The notes under the pieces were generated by a model. That model saw only the letters and a list, made by a program, of their open reading frames with translations. It ran no database searches and was not told the origin of the DNA. Positions 8,964-17,341 of a DNA stretch of 20,000 nt are shown piece after piece. The stretch's first letter is position 1. Each line of letters begins with the position of its first letter. The DNA lies in the IMG/VR virus record IMGVR_UViG_3300042945_002143; one strand, 5' to 3'. The stretch comes from an uncultured virus (IMG/VR IMGVR_UViG_3300042945_002143) (lineage: Duplodnaviria; Heunggongvirae; Uroviricota; Caudoviricetes). The translations under genes were made by a program, and so were the position numbers.

Positions 8964-9227
8964 ATGAAAATTAAAATGGGGGTGGTTGAAAAACACCAAT
9001 ACGAAGGTGTTAGAGAATTTGAGGAAATTGACTTGGATAAGTTTCCGATTATTAAACAGTTTATGGATGTTAATCCAGATTGTACCGAACAGGAATTACT
9101 TTCTTATATTAAGAAGATTAAAGACGAAGAGTTCAAAAAATTCATAACAGAACTAAGTTGGAACTCTATCATTAAAGAAAACTTCAGTAAAAATAAAACT
9201 GAATTTAAAATAGAAATAGAGAAATGA
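8964..9227 (+). CDS. Hypothetical protein (87 aa)
   Basis: ORF with an ATGA overlap to the next gene. Confidence 0.7.
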   Translation: MKIKMGVVEKHQYEGVREFEEIDLDKFPIIKQFMDVNPDCTEQELLSYIKKIKDEEFKKFITELSWNSIIKENFSKNKTEFKIEIEK

Positions 9228-10192
9228 ATATATTAATAACTGGTGGATTAGGTTTTATTGGTTCTAATTTTTATAACACCTTTAAAAAGAAATATCCTGA
9301 CTATAATTTAGTTATCCTTGATAGTGGGACATATGCTGCTGATGAAAATAACATTGAAAATTTTAGAAGTTCTAGAATAATCAAATTCAGTATTACTGAA
9401 CGAGAAAGATTATTTAAGTTATTTGAAAATTACAAGTTTGACTCGGTAATACACTTTGCCGCTGAATCACATGTTGATAACTCAATATTAAATCCGATGG
9501 AGTTTGTTCAAACAAATATTATTGGAACGTTGAATCTGTTGGATGCTTCAATTAAGTATGGTATTAAATTGTTCTATCATATATCGACTGATGAGGTTTT
9601 CGGACATTTAGGTGCGGTGGGTTCTTTTGATGAGAAAACTGCTTATGACCCAAGAAGTCCTTATTCCGCATCGAAGGCATCATCCGACCACTTTGTTAGA
9701 GCGTACTACCACACTTATGGATTACCTGTTGTTATATCAAACTGTTCAAACAATTTTGGACCGAACCAACACCAAGAAAAATTAATTCCGACAATCATTA
9801 AAAGTATCCTCAATGGTGAACCAATACCAGTTTATGGTAACGGACAGAATGTTAGAGATTGGTTATATGTTCAGGACCATGTGGATGCGATTGATATGAT
9901 ATTCCACAAAGGTAAGGTAGGTGAAACCTATTGTATCGGTGGACGTAATGAATTAAACAATTTAAGACTTGTTAGGTTGATTTGTGATAAGATTGATAAT
10001 ATTAAACAATGGGAACAGAACTCACAGGATTTAATTACATTTGTTGAAGATAGAAAAGGACATGACTTTAGATACTCTATTGATTCAACCAAAGTAAAAG
10101 AACAAATTGGGTGGGAACCTAAAGTTAATTTTGATGAAGGGTTAGACAGAACTATCGATTTTTATTTTAAAAAGTTTGGAAGTCAGGAATAG
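9224..10192 (+). CDS. rfbB: dTDP-glucose 4,6-dehydratase
   Basis: ILITGGLGFIGSN, HFAAESHVD, ISTDEVFG, SPYSASKASSDH, SNCSNNFGP, GNGQNVRDWLYV.DH, DRKGHDFRY. Confidence 0.95.
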   Translation: MNILITGGLGFIGSNFYNTFKKKYPDYNLVILDSGTYAADENNIENFRSSRIIKFSITERERLFKLFENYKFDSVIHFAAESHVDNSILNPMEFVQTNIIGTLNLLDASIKYGIKLFYHISTDEVFGHLGAVGSFDEKTAYDPRSPYSASKASSDHFVRAYYHTYGLPVVISNCSNNFGPNQHQEKLIPTIIKSILNGEPIPVYGNGQNVRDWLYVQDHVDAIDMIFHKGKVGETYCIGGRNELNNLRLVRLICDKIDNIKQWEQNSQDLITFVEDRKGHDFRYSIDSTKVKEQIGWEPKVNFDEGLDRTIDFYFKKFGSQE

Positions 10193-10198
10193 TTTATC

Positions 10199-10206
10199 TA
10201 TATTTG
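10199..10206 (+). promoter_or_regulatory. Bacteroidota-type -7 element (TATATTTG), 4 nt before ATG 10211
   Basis: TAnnTTTG, intergenic. Confidence 0.6.
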
Positions 10207-10210
10207 TGTT

Positions 10211-10471
10211 ATGAAAGTAACATTAAACATCCAACACGAAAAATTCGGTAAAGTTTTAACAATGTCTTTTGTGGACGCAATACAGACAAAGTTATTTTTA
10301 AAACTTGTGAATGACGCTATTGATAACGGAGTCGCGTTCAGATACTTCAACGTGACTGACACATTAGTACATATTCCTAACAAGATTTTAGTTGAATCTT
10401 TAATCACAACTGAAATGGAGTTTGTGACATTTTCTGAACAAGTATTGGCTAAAGTAGGTGAGGTTAAATAG
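10211..10471 (+). CDS. Hypothetical protein (86 aa)
   Basis: ORF between a promoter element and a terminator. Confidence 0.75.
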   Translation: MKVTLNIQHEKFGKVLTMSFVDAIQTKLFLKLVNDAIDNGVAFRYFNVTDTLVHIPNKILVESLITTEMEFVTFSEQVLAKVGEVK

Positions 10472-10514
10472 TCTTTGTTAGACAAAGTGGTGGACCAACT
10501 TCCGGGTTGGGCTC

Positions 10515-10542
10515 AAAAGGGAACATTAGTGTTCCCTTTTTT
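10515..10542 (+). terminator. Intrinsic terminator
   Basis: AAAAGGGAACA-TTAG-TGTTCCCTTTTTT. Confidence 0.85.
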
Positions 10543-10576
10543 CTTTTTATTTGTATTTATATATAAAACTATAGTT

Positions 10577-10894
10577 ATGTCAAAAATTATAATCACAGAA
10601 GAACAACTTCAAAAATTAAAAAAAGCTTTATCTGAAAATACTGAGACTATTAAAGAAGATAAAGATGGTAATTATATGGCTAAGCAACAACTTTTTACCA
10701 TTGGTACTTTAGCATTACAAATGTGGGAGATTTTAGAAGATGACGAACAGTTGGATGACTGGATGGAATCTAAAATTGCGCAATCTGAACAATCAATCGT
10801 TTCAGTGGTTAAAGCTTACATGTATGACGAAGTAGTTGATGATATGAAAGGTATGGAAACTTTAAACTACAATGATATTGTAATTGGTAAGTAA
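10577..10894 (+). CDS. Hypothetical protein with N-terminal KIIITEEQL motif (possible virion protein)
   Basis: Start reassigned to ATG 10577, downstream of the terminator and the TATTTAT motif. Confidence 0.75.
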   Translation: MSKIIITEEQLQKLKKALSENTETIKEDKDGNYMAKQQLFTIGTLALQMWEILEDDEQLDDWMESKIAQSEQSIVSVVKAYMYDEVVDDMKGMETLNYNDIVIGK

Positions 10895-11775
10895 TGAAAA
10901 AGAAAAAACTTATAACTGAAGAGGTCAAAAATAAATTTTACCTATATAATCCTATACCTATTGTTAAGCAGGAGGCGGTTATTGTTATTCAAGACATTCT
11001 AAAAAGTCGCAATTTGAATTTTGAATGGGGGGAAAATGTTGATTTAAATACTTTTGATGTAGTTAACCGAATGAGGTTTAAAGATTATATCAATCGTGTT
11101 ATTAAGTATAAAGAGATTAGAGGACATGCGATTGAAGGATTGATGGCTGGTTTATTTGGAGGAATTCTTAATGAAAGTAAAAGTGGGGTATGGGATTATG
11201 AAATCAGACAAGGACAAGTTGAACAGAAATTTTTAAATAGTAGTGAAGAAAGTCCGTCAATAGGTGGTTTTACAAATGCTTTAAATAGTTTAGGGTCAGA
11301 CGCAGTTATAGATATTAAAAATACTATATCAAAATATGATATGACAGGAACCAATTTATTTTTGATAAATGACGATAGTTTGACTGAATATAAGAAAGAA
11401 ATTTTAAGAAAGATACTTGTTGATATTACATGTATTACATTTGATTCTAATGATAGATTAAAGACATATTATTTAACAAAAGAAAACGCTGTCGAATTAT
11501 TTTCAGATGCTAATAACATAAGAAAACCAAGAAAATTAAGTTCCAATGAGTTAAGGGCTTCTTCTGATGTTTTTATTAATGGAGGAAATTCTTTTGATAT
11601 TATTAAAGCGAAAGTAAAACCGGAAGAATATAAAGAATATATTGAGGTGACCCAAAGAGATATAGAAGTTGCAAAGATTTTTGGACCTTATGGTGGAAAA
11701 ATTAGACCTGATATTTTAAATTGGATACAACAAAATAAAGATGAATTTAAAAATTTGGTTAATACATTGTTATAA
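10894..11775 (+). CDS. Hypothetical protein, possible PD-(D/E)XK nuclease fold
   Basis: GHAIEGLMAGLFGG...WDYEI...VEQK (E..D..ExK spacing); N-terminal LITEE. Confidence 0.6.
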   Translation: MKKKKLITEEVKNKFYLYNPIPIVKQEAVIVIQDILKSRNLNFEWGENVDLNTFDVVNRMRFKDYINRVIKYKEIRGHAIEGLMAGLFGGILNESKSGVWDYEIRQGQVEQKFLNSSEESPSIGGFTNALNSLGSDAVIDIKNTISKYDMTGTNLFLINDDSLTEYKKEILRKILVDITCITFDSNDRLKTYYLTKENAVELFSDANNIRKPRKLSSNELRASSDVFINGGNSFDIIKAKVKPEEYKEYIEVTQRDIEVAKIFGPYGGKIRPDILNWIQQNKDEFKNLVNTLL

Positions 11776-12824
11776 TGAAAATTATTATTACAGAAGAACA
11801 ATATAAACGATTATTAACAGAATCACTTGGTGTTAATGAACCTGCAATTGAATATACTAATTTTATATATAATTTATTAGAACCAATTGCTATTGAAATG
11901 ATTGATTTGGGTAAAAAAAAGATTGAAGAAATTGATATCACAGTAAAAGAGTTACTTAACTTTATTAAGAGTGACCCTGAAACATTCCAAGAATTACCAA
12001 TTGAAGAGTTAGAACTTGATTTAGTATTTATACCTACAAAAAATGAATTAATCGGTGATAAACCATTTGCAGTTGGTGGTGGTTATTATGATTTGTTGGA
12101 TGAGGAAAATGGGGGTTCATATATAATTGACTCATCATTTAGAATACCAAAAGACATACTTCAGGATGTACCAAAGACCATTCATGCTAAATTACAATTT
12201 GAAATATATGTTAATCCATCATTTGACGAGACAATGATGGATGATTTGTTGTTTGATTTAAGAGATACAATTACTCACGAAGTTAATCATCTATATGAAT
12301 CTTATAAAAGATGGGAAAACACTGGTAGAGGTAGTAACAACTTAGTTAAATCTTTTGCTGGAACAAAGAATGTCAATACGCCAAAAGTTATTTTCCAAGT
12401 GTATAGTAAATTTTTAAACTTTTTGTATTATTCAGAGCCTTGGGAAATTAATGCAAACGTACAGGAAGCGTTTTCAAAGATTAGTAGAATGAGTTTTGAT
12501 GACTTTAAAAAAACTAGTCAATGGGAGATTGCTAACGATATGGAAAATTACTCGGCTGACGGACTATTTGAAGAATTAATTAAGACTGCTGAAAGTAAAG
12601 ACCCTGACACAGTAGATTATCATATTAGAAATTTACATAAGTTTTATCTTAAACAATATAAAAAATATGACGAATCATATAGAGAAGCTAATGATATTAA
12701 AGATACTGTTTATAAGACCAAAAACTTACTTGATTTATTTAGAAAATATGAAAAAAGAATTAATTTAGCGGGTAAAAAACTAAAAAAGAATTACACTAGA
12801 TTATATGCAATTGAAAAATCTTAA
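11775..12824 (+). CDS. HExxH zincin-like protein with N-terminal MKIIITEEQ motif
   Basis: ITHEVNHLYE and downstream YY..PWEINA. Confidence 0.7.
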   Translation: MKIIITEEQYKRLLTESLGVNEPAIEYTNFIYNLLEPIAIEMIDLGKKKIEEIDITVKELLNFIKSDPETFQELPIEELELDLVFIPTKNELIGDKPFAVGGGYYDLLDEENGGSYIIDSSFRIPKDILQDVPKTIHAKLQFEIYVNPSFDETMMDDLLFDLRDTITHEVNHLYESYKRWENTGRGSNNLVKSFAGTKNVNTPKVIFQVYSKFLNFLYYSEPWEINANVQEAFSKISRMSFDDFKKTSQWEIANDMENYSADGLFEELIKTAESKDPDTVDYHIRNLHKFYLKQYKKYDESYREANDIKDTVYKTKNLLDLFRKYEKRINLAGKKLKKNYTRLYAIEKS

Positions 12825-13236
12825 CATATTATTATTTATTTTACTATTCACATCTTGTGCTAGTTTTGAAAACCTAACAGACGACAGAACAAGACCTGAA
12901 GATGATGAAATGTATTGGAACAGGACTGAAGAGTTTTGGGTGACACATCACGAACCAAAGGAAAGACCGGTATCAAGTGAGGATTACTATGGTAACAGAG
13001 TTGTATTACCCCCAACTTATTACAACAACTATCCTGATTATAACTACTATAATAGAAACAACAATTATTACCCAACGTATAACTATCAACAGACTACACT
13101 ACCATTACCACCACCTCCACCACCACAACACAACAACCCTTCACCGACTATTAATACTCCTAAACCAAATGTAACTCATTATAAAAGAAATAATGAACCG
13201 CAAAGAGGTAATTCTAAACCTGGTGTTAGACGATGA
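12805..13236 (+). CDS. Putative lipoprotein with Y/N-rich and proline-rich low-complexity region
   Basis: Lipobox-like ILLFILLFTSC; YYNNY repeats; PPPPPP. Confidence 0.7.
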   Translation: MQLKNLNILLFILLFTSCASFENLTDDRTRPEDDEMYWNRTEEFWVTHHEPKERPVSSEDYYGNRVVLPPTYYNNYPDYNYYNRNNNYYPTYNYQQTTLPLPPPPPPQHNNPSPTINTPKPNVTHYKRNNEPQRGNSKPGVRR

Positions 13237-13640
13237 ATAAAGAACTTAACGGGATAAATAAATTTCTTGATGGTAAAACTTTTGTTTACGACCATCGTGT
13301 TAGTTTCAGTGAAAAACCTGTAAAGGGTTATTATCAATTCCATATAGATAAAGTTGGTCAGTTAATAAGTATTGGTGAAATGAAAGACCACCTTTTTGTA
13401 TCGGTTAAGTTGGTTAATGGTGAAGGTATGGTTAATTTTTATTTATCCGCTTTTGGCAATAAACAAAAGATAACTGGAAGAGACCTTGTTAATAAACAAT
13501 GGTATGAGTTTTCAGTTCAAATAGGTCATGACATTGAGGAATTCCTTAAATTCTTTAGTATTGATATGCCTGTCGTTGTTGATAACTTAGAATTTACCCC
13601 ATCAAAAGATTTTGTTCCATTAATTATTTTGCCAAGTTAG
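13233..13640 (+). CDS. Hypothetical protein (135 aa)
   Basis: ATGA overlap with the upstream gene. Confidence 0.75.
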   Translation: MNKELNGINKFLDGKTFVYDHRVSFSEKPVKGYYQFHIDKVGQLISIGEMKDHLFVSVKLVNGEGMVNFYLSAFGNKQKITGRDLVNKQWYEFSVQIGHDIEEFLKFFSIDMPVVVDNLEFTPSKDFVPLIILPS

Positions 13641-13665
13641 AATAATTTCGTATCTTAGCTCCCTT

Positions 13666-13836
13666 ATGAGCGACAAAACTAAATTTACAAGAACCTACGA
13701 AACGGACGAGACCATTGCTGTTTGGACTTATGATTTGGATAAGTTCAAGAACGGTCCGATTTCTGTTGACATCAAATACAAATACGACCCTGACAGGAAA
13801 CTTTCCAACAGGGAAAAATACTCAAAGAAAAAATGA
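13666..13836 (+). CDS. Small hypothetical protein (56 aa, MSDKTKFTRTYETDE...), not in the ORF track
   Basis: Manual translation; the TGA overlaps the ATG of the HAD gene. Confidence 0.7.
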   Translation: MSDKTKFTRTYETDETIAVWTYDLDKFKNGPISVDIKYKYDPDRKLSNREKYSKKK

Positions 13837-14405
13837 AAGTAATCTTTTTAGACCACGATGGAGTTATCTGTTTATCTGATAACTGGGGGTCACGATTTAA
13901 GAAACAAAAAAAGGCTAGACGAAAGTTAAGTCAATCAGTAATGACAATGCCTCTTGATGCTCGTTTTGATAACTTTGATAAGAAAGCAATCAAGGTATTG
14001 AATGAAATCTTGGAACAGACTGGCGCTGAAATTGTTGTCTCTTCTGACTGGAAAGTTTGGTGTTCAGTTGAAGAGATGGGTGATTACTATGAGAAACAAG
14101 GTATCATCAAACGACCAATTGATTTTACAACCAATACGATTGATGGGGAAAAAGTTACCTGGCACCGAAATTGGGATTTGGAAGGAACAAGAAGTGTACA
14201 AATCCAAGAATGGTTAAAGGAACATCCCGAAGTTACACATTGGGTGGCGATTGATGATTTGGAGATGGGAAAGACTGGACTACGTTACTCAATGGAATAT
14301 GAACACGAATGGGGACTTGATAACTTTGTCTTAACACCTTTGAACAATGAGGGTATCAAACAACTTGGGGTTAAAGAAAAGGTATTATCCTTTTTGGAAG
14401 GGTAA
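13833..14405 (+). CDS. HAD-superfamily protein (HAD_SAK / RNA-repair-associated type)
   Basis: VIFLDHDGVI, IVVSSDWK, WVAIDD. Confidence 0.8.
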   Translation: MKVIFLDHDGVICLSDNWGSRFKKQKKARRKLSQSVMTMPLDARFDNFDKKAIKVLNEILEQTGAEIVVSSDWKVWCSVEEMGDYYEKQGIIKRPIDFTTNTIDGEKVTWHRNWDLEGTRSVQIQEWLKEHPEVTHWVAIDDLEMGKTGLRYSMEYEHEWGLDNFVLTPLNNEGIKQLGVKEKVLSFLEG

Positions 14406-14417
14406 TATTTATTTAAT

Positions 14418-14975
14418 ATGAAATACCTAATATCAGAGGAACAAAATAAATTTTTGAAGGAAGAGTTGGATAAACCAAATTTTAAAAATTTGATTAAGAA
14501 ATTGTTTGAGAAACAAGTTAGTAAAGGTGAACAACCACATATTAATGATATGATTATGGATTTCTTTGAAGTTGATGTGTGGGAAAGAGACTTTAATATC
14601 CTGATTGAATTGTTAAGGGATTTCTTGGGTAGGGAACAATCGGTTAAATTGACTGAAGAACTATTACAGAAAACCTTTAAAACAGACCGATATAACTTTT
14701 CAGGTGGATACAGTTTTGATTTCAGAGCTAAAATAATAGACCAAGAAGATGAAGAATATTTTAAAGTAGATGTTTATATTTTACCGGGTAGTGAGGTGGA
14801 TTTAATAATGACAGGTGACGGAGTTCGTGATTTAAAACAAGCTCTTAACGACCAATCTATTGGATTTGAAATTGAAAGTGAAGTGAAAGAAATTATTGAT
14901 GAAATTTTTACAGAAGAAATTACCTATAAGACTGGTGTTGTTGTGGATTTAGAAACACTTATTATTCAGGAGTAA
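14418..14975 (+). CDS. Hypothetical protein with N-terminal YLISEEQ motif
   Basis: ORF after the TATTTAT motif. Confidence 0.8.
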   Translation: MKYLISEEQNKFLKEELDKPNFKNLIKKLFEKQVSKGEQPHINDMIMDFFEVDVWERDFNILIELLRDFLGREQSVKLTEELLQKTFKTDRYNFSGGYSFDFRAKIIDQEDEEYFKVDVYILPGSEVDLIMTGDGVRDLKQALNDQSIGFEIESEVKEIIDEIFTEEITYKTGVVVDLETLIIQE

Positions 14976-15631
14976 GGTAACATATAATTAGTATTCACAT
15001 GCCAACCCATCCAGTTAAAATCAACAAAAGATTTGTTGTTTGTTATATCCTCAGTTAGACATCCCCATATTAGCTCATCAATATGGTGGTCAAACTTATC
15101 GTGAAGTATGTCAAGTATTTCATCTTCATCAAATCCATAGTAAACTTCACCATCTAATGTTATTTCCATAGATTTAACTAATAAATTAACGTCTATGACA
15201 ATCATTTCGGCATCAACTTCAATATAAAAGTCTTTAGAAAAACGACCTTCAAGAGTTATTTTTTTACGTTCATATTGGGAATCTAATTTAAATGGTTTTC
15301 CCACAAGACAACTATTAATTTCATTTAAACTTTTTTGTGGGATATATAAATTATCGCAATCTAAATAATATAAAAATTGTGGAGCGATGTTAACCTCAGG
15401 AAAAAATTTTCTTAACGAATGTATTTCTTCATCAATGTAACCTGAGAGAGCTTCATGGGTGTATGGTAAGTTTTTAGGGTTTTCTATTGTATAGACAGGT
15501 ACTTTTTTGTAATGAAATGATTTTTTTTCTTCACCTGTTAAATGCAATGTTATACCATCTGCGTTAATTACAGAAAACATTTTAACAACAGTGTCCATTA
15601 ATCTTTTTAGTTGTAATTCACTAGTGTTCAT
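14966..15631 (-). CDS. Hypothetical protein (221 aa)
   Basis: Long minus-strand ORF; convergent 10-nt overlap with the previous gene. Confidence 0.8.
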   Translation of the reverse strand: MNTSELQLKRLMDTVVKMFSVINADGITLHLTGEEKKSFHYKKVPVYTIENPKNLPYTHEALSGYIDEEIHSLRKFFPEVNIAPQFLYYLDCDNLYIPQKSLNEINSCLVGKPFKLDSQYERKKITLEGRFSKDFYIEVDAEMIVIDVNLLVKSMEITLDGEVYYGFDEDEILDILHDKFDHHIDELIWGCLTEDITNNKSFVDFNWMGWHVNTNYMLPYS

Positions 15632-15686
15632 ATTATGTAAATAGTAATAATTTTATTTAAAATTTGAAACTAAAATGAAAAAAAAC

Positions 15687-15717
15687 TTGACATAAGAAGA
15701 AATTTATAGTACTTTTG
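15687..15717 (+). promoter_or_regulatory. Promoter of the tRNA operon
   Basis: TTGACA-N17-TACTTTTG-TAAAACAA; same layout as the ncRNA promoters. Confidence 0.8.
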
Positions 15718-15745
15718 TAAAACAATTGATATTTAATTAGAAACA

Positions 15746-15859
15746 ATGAAACAGAACTCAACACATAACGTAAGTAATCTCCCGACAAACGTGGGCCAAT
15801 CGTGGTTTACGATTAAGGGGCAGGATTGCCGTAAGTTCAGGGTTCTTAATAAGATGTAA
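15746..15859 (+). CDS. Putative attenuator leader peptide (37 aa, MKQNSTHNVSNLPTNVGQSWFTIKGQDCRKFRVLNKM)
   Basis: Short ORF between promoter and terminator; contains AAGTTCAGGGTT (15833-15844), complementary to the terminator's 5' arm. Confidence 0.7.
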   Translation: MKQNSTHNVSNLPTNVGQSWFTIKGQDCRKFRVLNKM

Positions 15860-15881
15860 TCGTATCATCAAATATATAAGG

Positions 15882-15919
15882 AAACCCTGGACTACAAAAA
15901 AGTTCAGGGTTTTTTTTTT
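15882..15919 (+). terminator. Intrinsic terminator (attenuator) upstream of the tRNA array
   Basis: AAACCCTGGACT-ACAAAAA-AGTTCAGGGTTT (12 bp, one G-U) with a T-run to 15919. Confidence 0.9.
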
Positions 15920-15990
15920 GGGATAAAAGCACATAAGGATGTGCGGCTGCTAGACGGCAGAGGGCTTGGGTTCGAATCCCAGATATTCCA
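15920..15990 (+). pseudogene. tRNA-like element with a 6-nt anticodon loop (identity undetermined)
   Basis: Acceptor GGGATA/TATTCC, D arm GCAC/GTGC, CTGC-TAGACG-GCAG, T arm TTGGG-TTCGAAT-CCCAG. Confidence 0.65.
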
Positions 15991-16018
15991 CAGTGGTTCT
16001 TTGACGTATTGGGAAAAT

Positions 16019-16090
16019 GGTGATGTAGCTCAGAGGGAGAGCATCTGATTGTTAATCAGAGGGTCGGGATTTCGAAATTCCCCATCACCG
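16019..16090 (+). tRNA. tRNA-Asn(GTT)
   Basis: Cloverleaf; TCTGA-TTGTTAA-TCAGA. Confidence 0.9.
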
Positions 16091-16100
16091 CAAAAATAAT

Positions 16101-16175
16101 GACTTCGTAGCTCAGCTGGTTTAGAGCACCTCACTTTTAATGAGGGAGTCGTGGGTTCGAGTCCCACCGGGGTCA
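16101..16175 (+). tRNA. tRNA-Lys(TTT)
   Basis: Cloverleaf; CCTCA-CTTTTAA-TGAGG. Confidence 0.95.
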
Positions 16176-16251
16176 CTTTTTTAATTAGGTGGTAAAACAT
16201 ACGTTCAGGTGAACTTTACTAATTTTTCTGATATTTATTAATAAATGAATT

Positions 16252-16710
16252 ATGAAATTATCAGGAGTAACAAAAGAACAAATGTTTGAAGTATTATCTT
16301 CATCAAAATCAATGAGAGAAGTTATTCTTTCATTTGGATTACAACCTAATGGTTCCGGGGGATATCGGAACATTAAACGAAAAATAATGGAACTTGGGTT
16401 AGAAATCCCAAAGTATAATTACTTTGGTGAGGGTTCTAAAAAAAGAAGACATAATGATGAAAATGTTTTTTGTGAGAATTCTCAGTTTCCAAGACAACAT
16501 CTTAAAAAAAGAATTATTAATAATAAAATAATTGATTATATATGCGAAAAATGTAATAATAGTGGGCAATGGGAGGGAAATGATTTATCATTACATTTAG
16601 ACCATAAGAATGGTATAAATGACGATAATAGAATTGAAAATCTGAGATTTCTTTGTCCTAATTGTCATTCACAAACCCCGACATATGCGGGTAAATCAAG
16701 GAAAAAATAA
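16252..16710 (+). CDS. HNH homing endonuclease
   Basis: CEKC...LHLDHKNGINDDNRIENLRFLCPNCHSQT; free-standing within the tRNA array. Confidence 0.9.
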   Translation: MKLSGVTKEQMFEVLSSSKSMREVILSFGLQPNGSGGYRNIKRKIMELGLEIPKYNYFGEGSKKRRHNDENVFCENSQFPRQHLKKRIINNKIIDYICEKCNNSGQWEGNDLSLHLDHKNGINDDNRIENLRFLCPNCHSQTPTYAGKSRKK

Positions 16711-16714
16711 ACAC

Positions 16715-16786
16715 ACGTCTGTAGCTCAGGGGCAGAGCACTTCTCTCCAAAAGAAGGTGTCGGGATTTCGAAATTCTCCAGACGTG
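16715..16786 (+). tRNA. tRNA-Trp(CCA)
   Basis: Cloverleaf; CTTCT-CTCCAAA-AGAAG. Confidence 0.9.
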
Positions 16787-16792
16787 CAACAA

Positions 16793-16866
16793 GCCTCCAT
16801 AGCTCAGCAGGTCAGAGCGACTGATTTGTAATCAGTAGGTCGTTGGTTCGATTCCGACTGGAGGCT
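16793..16866 (+). tRNA. tRNA-Thr(TGT)
   Basis: Cloverleaf; ACTGA-TTTGTAA-TCAGT. Confidence 0.95.
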
Positions 16867-16873
16867 CTAACAT

Positions 16874-16948
16874 TCTCACGTAGCTCAGTTGGTTTAGAGT
16901 TTTTGACTGATATTCAAAAGGTCGTTGGTTCGATTCCAACCGTGAGAA
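16874..16948 (+). tRNA. tRNA-Ile(GAT)
   Basis: Cloverleaf; TTTGA-CTGATAT-TCAAA. Confidence 0.9.
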
Positions 16949-16956
16949 CTTAAAAA

Positions 16957-17033
16957 CGAGTAGTTGGGGAGTCCGGTTACCCCGCTTGCTTTGGGAGCAA
17001 GAGAACTCGCAGGTTCGAATCCTGCCTACTCGA
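16957..17033 (+). tRNA. tRNA-Pro(TGG)
   Basis: Cloverleaf; CTTGC-TTTGGGA-GCAAG. Confidence 0.92.
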
Positions 17034-17040
17034 CTATGAT

Positions 17041-17115
17041 GGGGGTGCATGTACCAAGGCTTGGCGAGAAACACTTGCAATGTTTCTGAGGTCGTTTCGA
17101 TTACGACCATCTCCA
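17041..17115 (+). tRNA. tRNA-Ala(TGC), atypical D arm
   Basis: AAACA-CTTGCAA-TGTTT; G3:U70 and A73 alanine identity elements. Confidence 0.82.
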
Positions 17116-17121
17116 CAACTT

Positions 17122-17195
17122 AGCCCCTTAGCTCAGTGGTTTAGAGCGATTGTCTTACAAACAATAGGTCGTGTGTTCGATTCACACAGGGGCTA
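17122..17195 (+). tRNA. tRNA-Val(TAC)
   Basis: Cloverleaf; ATTGT-CTTACAA-ACAAT. Confidence 0.93.
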
Positions 17196-17268
17196 CATTA
17201 ATCCGGTATAAATCAGTATTATTTTTACCGGAACAACAAAAAAGTTTGTATATTAGCAAACGAAATAT

Positions 17269-17341
17269 GGAGCGGTTACCAACGTGGTCAAGGTGAACGA
17301 CTGAAAATCGTTTTATGAGAGTTCGATTCTCTCCCGCTCCA
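17269..17341 (+). tRNA. tRNA-Phe(GAA)
   Basis: Cloverleaf; AACGA-CTGAAAA-TCGTT. Confidence 0.9.

Noticed and set aside
10475..10576. N-terminal extension of ORF 10475-10894
   Set aside because: It runs through a terminator and the TATTTAT motif; ATG 10577 fits better.
13015..13145. CRISPR or tandem repeat in the TAC/AAC/CCA-rich stretch
   Set aside because: Low-complexity coding sequence (Tyr/Asn/Pro); no repeat-spacer periodicity seen anywhere in the window.
12805..13236. o-spanin call for the proline-rich lipoprotein
   Set aside because: No adjacent or overlapping i-spanin, and it is far from the lysis gene.
15941..15960. Amber suppressor tRNA (CTA) and stop-codon recoding
   Set aside because: CTA is not centred in a 7-nt loop; ORFs are intact in the standard code and several end at TAG or TGA.
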